Of a DNA stretch of 64,000 nucleotides, positions 9,555 through 18,988 are shown piece after piece; position 1 is the stretch's first letter; each line of letters begins with the position of its first letter. A program made the translations under genes and the position numbers. The stretch covers positions 4,692,359 to 4,756,358 of the forward strand of contig OZ244148.1 in NCBI GenBank assembly GCA_965216255.1, read 5' to 3'. The DNA is from Rhodothermales bacterium. GTDB taxonomy: Bacteria > Bacteroidota > Rhodothermia > Rhodothermales > Bin80. The notes under the pieces are model-generated. The model worked only from the letters and a program-made list of their open reading frames with translations, was not told the origin of the DNA and made no database searches.

Positions 9555-10785
9555 CAGCCCGAAAGAGCTACTCCGCAGGATACAGCTGGGCGAAGATAGC
9601 TTGCTCGAACTCAAGGAAGTCACGTTCCAAGGAGACAATGTATCGGGACCCCGTCGACATGCGCTGGCTGACGAACTTGCTGCCTTCGCCAACACGCGCG
9701 GCGGTGTTCTTGTGCTAGGTGTCGAGAACACAACGCGGGACATCGTTGGAATCCCGATCGATCGACTCGACACGGTCGAACAGTTCGTATTCGAAATCTG
9801 CAACGAGAACATCGAACCGCCGCTGCCCTTCCTATCTTTCCGGACGGAGCTACCCAATGCGGTCGGGGAACTGCGACCTCTGCTCAAGGTGGAAATTCCG
9901 CGTGGCCTTTTCGTTTACAGGAGTCCTGGGGGTTACTTTCACCGGCAGGGAAGTTCGAAACGCCAGATGCCTACTGAGCTCCTTCTGCGCCTCGGGCAGC
10001 AGCGAGGCCAAGTGCGCCCGTACCGATACGAGGAACAGCCGGTGCCTCGGACGACTTTCGCCGACCTCGAGCTAGATCGGCGGCAGCGATTCGCGAGGGC
10101 TGGTGCCGACGACCTTGTTACTTTCAAGAAAATGAAGCTCGCGACGGAGGACGAGTCAGGGAAAACACGCGCTACCGTCGCTGGCATCCTGCTGTGCTCG
10201 TCGAGCCCGCAGCAGTGGCTCCCCAGTGCATTTATTCAAGCGGTATGCTACCAAGGCATTCGTCAGGATTCAAACTACCAACTCGATGCGCAAGCGGTCA
10301 CCGGACCTGTGGATGAGCAGGTTGCGGCGGCGATGATATTCGTCCGGCGGAATATGAAAGTGGCCGCCCGCAAGACTCCTGGTCGCGAGGACATCCCGCA
10401 ATTCAGTCTGCGCGCGGTCTTTGAGGCGATCGTGAACGCGGTGGCACACCGCGATTATGCCGTTTATGGGTCGAAGATCCGACTGTTCCTTTTCGCGGAT
10501 CGACTAGAACTCTACTCGCCTGGTCCGCTGCCGAACTCTGTCACCGTCGACTCACTAGCGCTCCGGCAATCGACCCGCAATGAATTGCTGACGACGCTGT
10601 TGATGAAGTGTCAGGTGGAGGATCCAACGGGTGAGATAGACCGGCAATTCTTGATGGAGAAGCGAGGAGACGGCGTGCCCATCATATTGCGCGAGAGTCT
10701 GGAGCTATCCGGCCAGCGGCCGGAGTACCGGATAATTGACGATGCGGAGGTACTGCTCACGATTTACGCAGCGGGGCAAACGTGA
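9547..10785 (+). CDS. AlbA_2 (Schlafen-core, divergent AAA) domain protein with HATPase_c_4-like C-terminal region
   Basis: N-terminal GEDSLLELKEV and FANTRGGVLVLGVEN are typical of AlbA_2. The C-terminal IVNAVAHRDY..IRLFLFADRLELYSPG is typical of the associated HATPase_c_4-like module. The ATG at 9547 overlaps the upstream stop (9552-9554). Confidence 0.7.
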   Translation: MSDSPKELLRRIQLGEDSLLELKEVTFQGDNVSGPRRHALADELAAFANTRGGVLVLGVENTTRDIVGIPIDRLDTVEQFVFEICNENIEPPLPFLSFRTELPNAVGELRPLLKVEIPRGLFVYRSPGGYFHRQGSSKRQMPTELLLRLGQQRGQVRPYRYEEQPVPRTTFADLELDRRQRFARAGADDLVTFKKMKLATEDESGKTRATVAGILLCSSSPQQWLPSAFIQAVCYQGIRQDSNYQLDAQAVTGPVDEQVAAAMIFVRRNMKVAARKTPGREDIPQFSLRAVFEAIVNAVAHRDYAVYGSKIRLFLFADRLELYSPGPLPNSVTVDSLALRQSTRNELLTTLLMKCQVEDPTGEIDRQFLMEKRGDGVPIILRESLELSGQRPEYRIIDDAEVLLTIYAAGQT

Positions 10786-10822
10786 TAGGCGAAGACCCTG
10801 TGCGTATTCAAAGCAGTGGGAC

Positions 10823-11402
10823 TTATGTATTTATCGTCACATGTGCCAACAGCCCCGGCTCCGGCATCCCCTTATCAATCAGACGGGGCGGCAGCTCTGC
10901 CATGATCACGCCTCTGGCCTCATTGGCGGGGTCCACGTACTTGGGACGCTCACGCCGGATCACCTTCAGCTTGGCTGCCTCGTAATCCAGCGTCTCTGTC
11001 ACCTCCTTGCCGATTGAGAAGCGCCGTGCCTTCTTCCGGCTTGATGACAATCACCTCGCGCCGCAGATGTGCAGGCAACACCTGGCGTACAGCAGCCCGC
11101 TTCGCAGCAGGCAGCCTTTGCTTTAGCGTGATGGTCTCGGTCTGCGGCAAAGGCGCCACACACTCCGCCTTTTCAAACAACGCCGCTTGCTGCGTGTCCA
11201 GCTCCGGCACAAACCGTTCGCTCCTGGCACCAAAGACCAGACGCCGGAGTTCGGCCAACTGGAACTCAAGCTCCGCCAACCGCAGACATTGACCGGCGGT
11301 CTCCTGACGTAACCGGCTGTTTTCCTCGCGCAGGCCTACCAGCTCCTCGCTGGGCAATTCAATCGTCGCGGAAGAGGTGGGGGGGGGGGCGGTGGCCTGC
11401 AT
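10823..11402 (-). pseudogene. IS66 transposase TnpC, N-terminal third, frameshifted and truncated
   Basis: ORF 10950..11402 carries the leucine-zipper-like N-terminus (..LAELRRLVFGARSERF..). ORF 10823..11050 (..LDYEAAKLKVIRRERPKYV..PGLLAHV) is in a different frame. The rest of the protein is missing. Confidence 0.7.
11379..11389. repeat. Homopolymeric G11 (C11 on the coding strand) tract at codons 5-8 of IS66 tnpC
   Basis: Counted directly: g at 11379-11389, encoding the PPP(T) run of MQATAPPPTS. Confidence 0.9.
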
Positions 11403-11465
11403 GATGATTCAACAGATCATGCAAGCATAAAGTCACGTTTTCTTAGATAGTCATTTGCCTACTCC

Positions 11466-11801
11466 TTAGCCCCTCACCACATAGCGGCGCCGGTATTTGA
11501 GAGACCTTAGCGAAATCCCCTCCAGTAGCAGCACCATCTGTGCCCACATCGGTTTGTCGCTCTTAAGCGGCTCGAACGTGCACGCTTCCAGCCGTATGTA
11601 GAAAAGGGCAAAGCCGCTCCTATCCCATATCAGCAGCTTTAGGTGCGTCCTTCTTCGGTTTACAAAGACGAAGACATCACCCGACATCGGGTCCTTCCCC
11701 GGGCCCGAGTGCACCAGAGCGCACAGGCCGTCAAAGCTCTTGCGCATGTCGGTGGGCTTGCGCTGCAGATAGTACCGGTGAGAAGGCCCCAGCCCGATCA
11801 T
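11466..11801 (-). CDS. tnpB: IS66 Orf2 (TnpB)
   Basis: Diagnostic sequence: YYLQRKPTDMRKSFDGLCALV...VFVFVNRRRTHLKLLIWDRSGF. Confidence 0.85.
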   Translation of the reverse strand: MIGLGPSHRYYLQRKPTDMRKSFDGLCALVHSGPGKDPMSGDVFVFVNRRRTHLKLLIWDRSGFALFYIRLEACTFEPLKSDKPMWAQMVLLLEGISLRSLKYRRRYVVRG

Positions 11802-11856
11802 GGCTTAGCCAGTGTTGCCAAGAACGAGGAGGATACCGGTACGAAGAAGCGCAGCC

Positions 11857-12096
11857 TCACCCCGCTCGGATACACCACCTCCGCCTGTGCCTGCCCTCGC
11901 AGAGCAGGGGCCCTAACTCCACGAAGGCTGCGCCTTCGGATGCAGCGGCCTTCTTACCATACTTGTGTCGCCAGTAAGACAGCTGCGAACGGCAGATTCC
12001 GTGCTCGGCACAAAAGGCCTCCGCTGTCTGGCTCCCTTTCAGGTACTGTTCTACCAGCGGATCCATTTCTTCCGCCGTGCCGTTAGGCTTGCGCAT
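11857..12096 (-). CDS. tnpA: IS66 Orf1 (TnpA, HTH protein)
   Basis: ..QYLKGSQTAEAFCAEHGICRSQLSYWRHKYGKK is typical of IS66/IS3-type HTH orfA proteins. It lies immediately upstream of tnpB. Confidence 0.7.
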   Translation of the reverse strand: MRKPNGTAEEMDPLVEQYLKGSQTAEAFCAEHGICRSQLSYWRHKYGKKAAASEGAAFVELGPLLCEGRHRRRWCIRAG

Positions 12097-12245
12097 GCGT
12101 CGTGGGCTTTGATCCTCGGGTCAGGCAACAATCTCCTGACCAGCCCTTCACCCACGCAAGGTGTGCTTCACGGGATGCTTGCAGCGTCTTGCCGCCGCGC
12201 CTCCAGGTCGAACTTGAAGAGCATAGCCCGCTGCACTGTTTGATA

Positions 12246-12746
12246 TTAGGCGGCCGGCACATTCGTTGACCTATCCATGGCATGGCGCGCGTGGGCTACT
12301 AGGATGGCTGGTTTGTGTGCTGCAATTTCAGCGCCTGGTGTGAGTCGAATGGTGTGCGCAAATTGGACGGGTTTGAGGGCCGGATCATCGTGGATGCGAA
12401 AATCGGCTTCAGCTTCATCGCCAACTGCCGGTTGGCCTTCGGTAGAGATAACCTCTTCGATTCGAACCACCTTGCGCACGCGGATGAGACGCTGGGCCAG
12501 GAGAATGCACGCGTGGGCGTGGCGCCCGTGGATTACAATGGCCGCGCCTGCGTGTTTCGCTTTATGGCGGGCCTCATCCAGTCTGCCCATCGCGGTCTGA
12601 GCTTGCCGCTTGCGGCGAGACTCTGAGCGGGCTTCCGGGTTTTCCGGAGGTCTGCTTGCTTTCTCGGACGCCTGCGCTATAGCCAGCGACAGAGGAATGA
12701 ACGTGCCCTGCACTATACTTTCCAGGCTTGCACCGCGTAATTTCAA
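12246..12746 (-). CDS. Hypothetical ORF, no motif recognised
   Basis: This is only an open frame of 166 codons between the IS66 remnant and the protease gene. Its 5' end overlaps the leader of the + strand gene, so it may be spurious. Confidence 0.15.
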   Translation of the reverse strand: MKLRGASLESIVQGTFIPLSLAIAQASEKASRPPENPEARSESRRKRQAQTAMGRLDEARHKAKHAGAAIVIHGRHAHACILLAQRLIRVRKVVRIEEVISTEGQPAVGDEAEADFRIHDDPALKPVQFAHTIRLTPGAEIAAHKPAILVAHARHAMDRSTNVPAA

Positions 12747-12777
12747 TCATCGGAATGCAACCAACCGGAGTCAAACC

Positions 12778-15700
12778 ATGCTAACGCGTAACGCTCTGGG
12801 CAGCCATGTGGCAGGCTTCATGGCAGTAATGTTGTTGGCGTCGGCAGCTTCGGCGCGCGCGCAGGATTGGGCCGCGTGGGACGTATCTCAAGCGAACGCG
12901 AGACCGGGTCGTGTTTGGGTTCAGTTTGTGGAGGGAACGCCCATAGTGGCCGGAGCGGCAAAGACCGGTCTTGACGTGTTTGATCGTGAGGGGGCCAAGG
13001 CTGGCGTGTACGAGATCAGCCAGGCATTCCCGTTTCTGGATGCTATAGCCAAGAAACGGGCGCTCTCTGCAGAGGCGCAGCAATTGCGGCGCATTTACTA
13101 CGTCCGGTATGATGAAATCCACGATCCTAGAACCGTTGCATCCGCCTTGTCCCGCGATCCGCGCGTGGTATACGTGGAGCCGGATTACATGCGGCGTCCG
13201 ATGTGGGATCTGGAGGACGTGCCAGCGTATCCCGCAAGCCCGCCGGAAGTCCCCAATGATCCGCTATTCTCCGATGCTCCGTACATGCAACGCTATCAGC
13301 TTCCTGATGCGTGGGGCATGGTGAAGGGCGAAGAAGGTGCCGTGGTGATAGCCATTGCGGACGTAGGGACGGACTGGAGACACCCGGACCTCGTAAACAA
13401 TGTGTGGACCAATTCCGGGGAGATCCCGGACAACGGCATCGACGACGATGGTAACGGCTTTGTAGACGACGTACACGGCTGGAATTTTTCGACCAATTCG
13501 CCGGTTGCCCCGGGCAGACCCACTGGCAGTTCCCGTCACGGTACGGCTGTTGCAGGAGCGGCCGCTGCCGAAGCGAACAACGGCACGGGGATGGCCGGCA
13601 CCAGCTGGAATGCACGGTTCATGCCGCTCAATGTGGGTTGTAGCCCGGCTTCGCCAGTGTGCAGCTATTGGGCGGGTACCCTGTATGCGGCGACAAACGG
13701 GGCCGATATCGTAACGGCCAGTTACGGGGGACCGGGGTATTCGGTAACGGAGCGGCAAACCTTAGAGGCTGCAGTGGCGGAAGGTGCGTTGATCGTAGCC
13801 TCGGCCGGAAACACTTCTACGGACAATGATCTTTTTCCATTTTACCCTGCATCGCATACCATCACACTCAGCGCTGGAGGTACTCGGTCTCAGGATGACG
13901 TGAATTTCTATAACTATGGCCGAAGCGTGAACGTGTTTGCTGCGGGAAGGGATGTGGTCGTGACGCGGCCGGACGCCGAATACGGGCATGTGTTTGGTAC
14001 GTCTTTTTCCGCGCCGCTTGTCGCCGGCATTGCCGCGCTCGTGAAGGCCGCATATCCGCACTATACGCCGCTCCAAGTTCGGGAGCGAGTTAGACTTACG
14101 GCCGACAATATTGACGACGCCAACGATGCTGCCCTGGCGGGTCTACTAGGTCGCGGGCGTGCAAATGCGTACCGAGCCGTGACGGAGAGCGGATTCCCGG
14201 CCATTCGAATGACGGATGTCAAAGTTGCAGGCTTTTATCGTGAACGAAGGAGTGGGGATATCGTTGAGCTCACGGCAACATTTACCAACTATCTTGCTGA
14301 CGCCGAAAACCTGTCAATTGGCTGGTTTTCGGACGCCCCCTTTGTGCAAATTAATTCCGGAAGTACGCAAATAGGTGCAATGCGGCAGTGGGAAAGCCGC
14401 GCGGCCAGCCTGTCATTTCGTCTTTCTGATGACGCCCCCTATCGGAGGCGCTTTACCGTTTCACCTCGTGCGATATCTGGGAGCTACGAAGATGCGTCGG
14501 ATGTGGTGCGATTTCTGGTCAACCAAGGTTCAGTTGCTACCCATCACACGGGCGGGCTGGCGTTTACCATCACCACAGAAGGCAATTTCGGCTACCTCGA
14601 CAGACGCCACAGTTTGTCCGCCCTGGGCTCGGGCGTCCAGGTCTTCGATGCCGGCGGCAACAGGCGCAGCATCCTATTCGAAGGCGGCTTGCTGGTTGCT
14701 ACCGGCCCGGATGCCGTGTCGGACTGCCTTTACGAAGATCGGCGAAGAGCCGAAAATATCGTGCAGGATACGGATTTTGTACCGTTGCCGGGCTCAGGAT
14801 TGCGAATTAGGACCCCTGGAACGACTACGGCCCAGGAAGGCCAGGTTGCGTTAACCGATGCAGGTGCCTCCAACCCCATCGGGATAGAAATCGTGCAGGA
14901 AAGCTTCATGGAAACGGGAGCTGCGTACGAGGACATGGTAATACTACGGTATACGTTCACCAATCCGACACAACGTGACCTGACCGATATGCATGTAGGT
15001 CTTTACCTCCACTGGACGATGAACTATTCTCCAGCAAGTGACCATGTGCGTTTCGAGGCGAGCAGGAATTTGGGTATCCAGCAGGATAGGCTCGAAAACC
15101 CGAGGCTGGTGGCCGGAGCCATGCCGCTTACCACTGGTCTTCCGGTGCATTACGCGGCCCTGGATCTGGAAAACCAGCCTTTTACAAGCCAGTCCAAATG
15201 GTCGTGGCTAACGGGCGGGCTCCGAAATCCTGGGACGGAAGCGAAAAACTGGGCACAAGTTATCGGACTCGGCCCGTTTTCCATGAGTCCAGGAGAAGTC
15301 ACCGAGATTGCCTTTGCGGTTGCCACAGGAAGCAGCAGTGCAGACTTCATTCAAAATGTAGACAGTGCACAAGTCTTGTGGGAAGCACTCAAGAAGCCTG
15401 CGATGGCGCAATATATACAGAATGTGAATGGTCGGGACGTGGATATTTACATAGATGACGAACTCCATTTCGACGACTGGGCTTTCCAGTCCGCTTCGGC
15501 ATTCGAGAGACTGGAGGACGGTGAGCACACTATTGACATTGTTGCCAGCGCAAGTCCGGATAATGCAGAGCCAATTGCCACGCGCACGTTCGGCGCCGAT
15601 AGTGGCACGGCCCAACACGTCTTCGTTCACGGCAACGAGACTAACCTGAGTATCGCGGTAGTCGACGCCGTGCGCACACGTGAATTGGGAAGTGACAGGA

Positions 15701-16335
15701 TGAGCTTTTACGTCGTTCACGGGGCGGCAGATCTGGGATCTCTAAGTATTGACTTGCAGCACCCGGATAACAATGAAACAGTGCTCCTGGAAAATGCTGT
15801 GTACGGAGATGCGAGTACGTATTTAACCGTGCAACCTGGTACATATGGACTGGAGGTCCGTACATCGCCGGATGATCGACTGGTCAATCTCTTCGAATTC
15901 GATCTTTCGGCACTGGCCAGGCACGCTTTCGTGCTGTGCCTTTCCGGCGCAGGTGTTTCCGCTCTAGATGGACTAACAGTCTTGGGTGTACAGTCAGACG
16001 GATCCACCTTCTTTCCGACTAATGTAACGACGTCGGAAGCTGTAGCCGAAGTGCCGACTAGCTTCGCGCTCAAGGGCAACTACCCAAATCCATTTAGTTC
16101 GTCTACCACTGTTTCGTTCGATTTGCCGTTCGCGGCCGCCGTATCGGTCAAGGTCTTCGACTTGATGGGCCGCGCAGTGCTAAGCGTTCCTCCCGTGACA
16201 ATGCAACTGGGTGCAAATAAGTCTTTTTCATTGAACGGCACAGCCCTCGCAAGCGGCACGTATCACTATCGCGTTACCGCAGCCAATGACGAGGAGTCAG
16301 TTGTTCAAACAGGTCATATGACGATATTGCGGTAA
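12778..16335 (+). CDS. Secreted S8 (subtilisin-family) serine peptidase with T9SS C-terminal sorting domain
   Basis: Start moved to the ATG at 12778, giving signal peptide MLTRNALGSHVAGFMAVMLLASAASARA. There is an I9-like propeptide. Catalytic triad contexts: IAIADVGTD (Asp), SRHGTAVAG (His), GTSFSAPLVAG (Ser), plus AGN. The C-terminus FALKGNYPNPFSSSTTVSFDL...YHYRV is T9SS type-A CTD-like. Confidence 0.85.
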   Translation: MLTRNALGSHVAGFMAVMLLASAASARAQDWAAWDVSQANARPGRVWVQFVEGTPIVAGAAKTGLDVFDREGAKAGVYEISQAFPFLDAIAKKRALSAEAQQLRRIYYVRYDEIHDPRTVASALSRDPRVVYVEPDYMRRPMWDLEDVPAYPASPPEVPNDPLFSDAPYMQRYQLPDAWGMVKGEEGAVVIAIADVGTDWRHPDLVNNVWTNSGEIPDNGIDDDGNGFVDDVHGWNFSTNSPVAPGRPTGSSRHGTAVAGAAAAEANNGTGMAGTSWNARFMPLNVGCSPASPVCSYWAGTLYAATNGADIVTASYGGPGYSVTERQTLEAAVAEGALIVASAGNTSTDNDLFPFYPASHTITLSAGGTRSQDDVNFYNYGRSVNVFAAGRDVVVTRPDAEYGHVFGTSFSAPLVAGIAALVKAAYPHYTPLQVRERVRLTADNIDDANDAALAGLLGRGRANAYRAVTESGFPAIRMTDVKVAGFYRERRSGDIVELTATFTNYLADAENLSIGWFSDAPFVQINSGSTQIGAMRQWESRAASLSFRLSDDAPYRRRFTVSPRAISGSYEDASDVVRFLVNQGSVATHHTGGLAFTITTEGNFGYLDRRHSLSALGSGVQVFDAGGNRRSILFEGGLLVATGPDAVSDCLYEDRRRAENIVQDTDFVPLPGSGLRIRTPGTTTAQEGQVALTDAGASNPIGIEIVQESFMETGAAYEDMVILRYTFTNPTQRDLTDMHVGLYLHWTMNYSPASDHVRFEASRNLGIQQDRLENPRLVAGAMPLTTGLPVHYAALDLENQPFTSQSKWSWLTGGLRNPGTEAKNWAQVIGLGPFSMSPGEVTEIAFAVATGSSSADFIQNVDSAQVLWEALKKPAMAQYIQNVNGRDVDIYIDDELHFDDWAFQSASAFERLEDGEHTIDIVASASPDNAEPIATRTFGADSGTAQHVFVHGNETNLSIAVVDAVRTRELGSDRMSFYVVHGAADLGSLSIDLQHPDNNETVLLENAVYGDASTYLTVQPGTYGLEVRTSPDDRLVNLFEFDLSALARHAFVLCLSGAGVSALDGLTVLGVQSDGSTFFPTNVTTSEAVAEVPTSFALKGNYPNPFSSSTTVSFDLPFAAAVSVKVFDLMGRAVLSVPPVTMQLGANKSFSLNGTALASGTYHYRVTAANDEESVVQTGHMTILR

Positions 16336-16399
16336 TAGCCGGTCCGCCAGCGACGCTCAAACAGGTGGACACGGCATCCGGGGGCGCGCAGACGTAGGC

Positions 16400-17770
16400 G
16401 AGATACTGTCAAATGTTGGGTCTAAAGAGCACCGGGGCATGGGGTTGAGGAATGAGAAGTAGGTGGCTTGTCTTTTTATTTCTACGCTATACTCGTGCGG
16501 GGTTGTCTCCAATACACGGGTGAGCAGCTGCGATCCGGTCAGCCTCCGCCAGCGTTTCTCCGCTTCCCGGCACAGCTCGTAGACCATCATCAGCGTCGCC
16601 TCCCGGCTGCCGCATCCACTGGATTGCCGCGTACGTTTCCCTGCGCTTGCAAACGTGGACTCAACTGGATTCGAGCTCCGAAGGTGCGCGCAGTGCTCAG
16701 CGGGAACTGGTAAAAGCTCAAGAGCTCCTCTTGATCAATGCACAAACAGGTGACGGCCTTCTCGTTGGCGCATCCGAAGAGATCCTCGGAGGTAACGAGC
16801 GCTTTCTGGGCATGCTTTCCGGACGGTGCCGCATAGATGTCACGGAGCCTCTCTTTCGCAGACCGATGCAGCTTCTTGGGCAGCTTGCCCGGCACGTTGG
16901 CTGCACACAGCATCGCTGTTGTGGCGTACAAGGGTATACTTTTTCCAACGTAGCCCAGAAGCCCAGGCCTCCGTGGCCACCTTAGGCACTACGTCCAAGC
17001 CTCGCTGCCCAGCAATAGCTCTTTCCAGGACAGCCTGCTATCCCGCTCTCCGTCCAAGAGCCCCACGAGCTCTTTCTTGCCCTCGGCCCCCACAATAACA
17101 AGCATGCAGGGACGCCCTATTCCCATGCGGACCTTGAAGTACAACCCGTCAGCCCAGAGGTAGACATACCGCTTGTCCGCGGGGTCCCGCTTGTTCCACT
17201 GCCGGTATTGCCAGGCCTTTTTGAGTCGGCTGATCGACGATGGCGACAGGTTGCCGGCCTGCGGCTCCCGTATGGCCTGCAGAGCCAGAGGGAAGTCGTT
17301 GGTCGAGACTCTCCGCAGATACAAGGTCGGAATGAGTGCATCAGCCGATCTTCGATGGGCCAACTACGGACTGCGTAGCGCGGCAGTATGGCGCAGGTGA
17401 AGGCATGCCCTGCTCGAGCGTCACGGATATGGGGCCGCTGAATTGATAGCGGGCCCGCACCGGTGAGGATTTCTATCTCCGGCTGGTGGCGATTGCGTTT
17501 GATGATTCGGTGGCCGCGCTCATCCCACAGGTGTGCATGGGCCTTCACGTCGTTGTTGGCTTCCCGCTCGAGCGCTACCTGCAGCATGGGAGCTGCGCAC
17601 CAGATCATCCAGGGCGCTGAGGGCCTCCTCACGGGCAACCAGTGAGTGTACGTTGGATACTCTTGGGTCTGTTATGCCATGTAGTCGGGATATGCCCGCC
17701 GAGTGCGATTGATGGGTGCTCCACATGGGTACGCCGGGCGCTCTTCAGACCCAAACATGGACAGTATCTC
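16400..17770 (-). mobile_element. IS256-family element, copy C, heavily decayed
   Basis: Terminal inverted repeats GAGATACTGTC...GACAGTATCTC. Transposase fragments (ORFs 16590..16931, 16989..17363, 17117..17638) are homologous to the 25641..26816 transposase but lie in three frames. The flanking 8-mers differ (acgtaggc / taagtgtc). Confidence 0.75.
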
Positions 17771-18012
17771 TAAGTGTCTCGTAACCTGGTTGTGGGGAGA
17801 TACAATGCTGGGTGGGGCAGGCGAATCAGCCGGACCACTCCCGCCGCTTGAAACCTGAACTCGTAAAACTATTAACGTATTGAAATGCCTCACTCTATGT
17901 TGGCACAGAGGGATACGAAGGAGTAGAGCTTTCCTTCGAGGCGTTTTGGAGTCGGCCAATGAAAAGCTTGATGCAACCGCCGGTACCAGGGGCCGCTATT
18001 ACTCAGGGCCGA

Positions 18013-18276
18013 CTATTGATTCACGAATGAATTCTGAACCTTCCTGATAAACTGCCTCACTCGAGCCTCTAATTGTCTTTGTTCGCCGGGAAGGGCTTCC
18101 GAGTGCTTAAATACGATTGTTCCGAAAGCAGTCTCGAACCACCCGTCCAGCGGGTCTTCTTTTGATTTGAACCATTCCATGTTCAGCTTATCAACAAAGC
18201 CGATCATGTCTATGGACGATATTCCGGAAACAGTGAATTCGTAGGATGGCATCGTATTGGATGCTTTAAGGCTCAT
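18013..18276 (-). CDS. Hypothetical small protein (87 aa) in an AT-richer islet
   Basis: This is ORF 18013..18318 shortened to the ATG at 18276 (MSLKASNTMPSYEF..). That ATG overlaps (ATGA) the stop of an upstream 45-codon ORF. No motif recognised. Confidence 0.3.
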   Translation of the reverse strand: MSLKASNTMPSYEFTVSGISSIDMIGFVDKLNMEWFKSKEDPLDGWFETAFGTIVFKHSEALPGEQRQLEARVRQFIRKVQNSFVNQ

Positions 18277-18410
18277 GGCAAGCATGGTACCATCCTTCGA
18301 TGAATAGCCAGACTGCACGGAGGCCTGATGTGACGAAAGAAGTCATGACTTTTTGGAATGACCAACGCCATGACGATGAGGGATGCTACTGGCATGATCA
18401 AGACAGCCAT
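18273..18410 (-). CDS. Possible 45-aa membrane peptide (below the size cutoff of the ORF track)
   Basis: My own translation is MAVLIMPVASLIVMALVIPKSHDFFRHIRPP.., a hydrophobic N-terminal helix followed by a basic tail. Its stop is coupled to the next ORF. Confidence 0.2.
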   Translation of the reverse strand: MAVLIMPVASLIVMALVIPKSHDFFRHIRPPCSLAIHRRMVPCLP

Positions 18411-18669
18411 GATAATCTATAGTACAGCTAACATGCTGTCAAGCATCGTACATCAATTCTCGTTATCCAAGAGGGCTTGTATGTAGGCAGGCTTTGTTGG
18501 CGAAGCGTAAGCCTCTGGAGGCCCACATTGCCATGTAGGTGGAGAGCAATTCAGCGCCGCGAGTAGGATGACGAGTACAGTTCGGTCTATAGAGTCACGG
18601 TGGCCGGTGCCCCGCAGAGGTGCAAATCCTTGCTTTAAGTGGGCCTTCTTCCGGAGGAAGAACGCATTA

Positions 18670-18933
18670 TCAGTGTGCCTGCCAGCGGTGGGGTGACAGT
18701 TGCTGGACCCACTTCATGGGATGTGTCGGTATGCGGCGCAGCACATCGCTGGGCCATTCCTGGGGATTGAGCCCATGCTGCTTGCACGTACCCCATAGCG
18801 AATAGATCACTGCTGCCCGCTGGGCCGCTGCATGTGATCCCGCAAACAGGTATTTAGTGCTTGCCCGAAAAAGATGTGAGTAGTTTTTAGGCTTCAAGTC
18901 TGGATAAACTGTGCCAGTGGAAGGCCTGTTCAA
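18670..18933 (-). pseudogene. IS66 TnpC C-terminal remnant
   Basis: ..AAVIYSLWGTCKQHGLNPQEWPSDVLRRIPTHP is the conserved C-terminus of IS66 transposases. No upstream body is present. Confidence 0.7.
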
Positions 18934-18988
18934 GTAACGTAATTACAAGAACTTCTGTGTCTTGATGAATGAGATACTGCAACTTATA

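Larger units (their letters stand above)
10790..12100 (-). mobile_element. Truncated IS66-family element (tnpA, tnpB, 5' third of tnpC)
   Basis: It shows the IS66 three-ORF architecture. tnpC breaks off after ..PEPGLLAHVTI at about 10820, directly next to the stop of the AlbA_2 gene. Confidence 0.75.

Noticed and set aside
9246-9887. A 213-aa minus-strand ORF spanning the junction of the PHP-ATPase and AlbA_2 genes.
   Set aside because: It is a Ser/Arg-rich antisense frame, and both + strand genes have clear domain motifs.
12610-12777. The listed start (12610) of the first S8 protease ORF.
   Set aside because: The first 56 codons have no signal peptide and overlap an opposite-strand ORF. 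The ATG at 12778 gives a canonical signal peptide.
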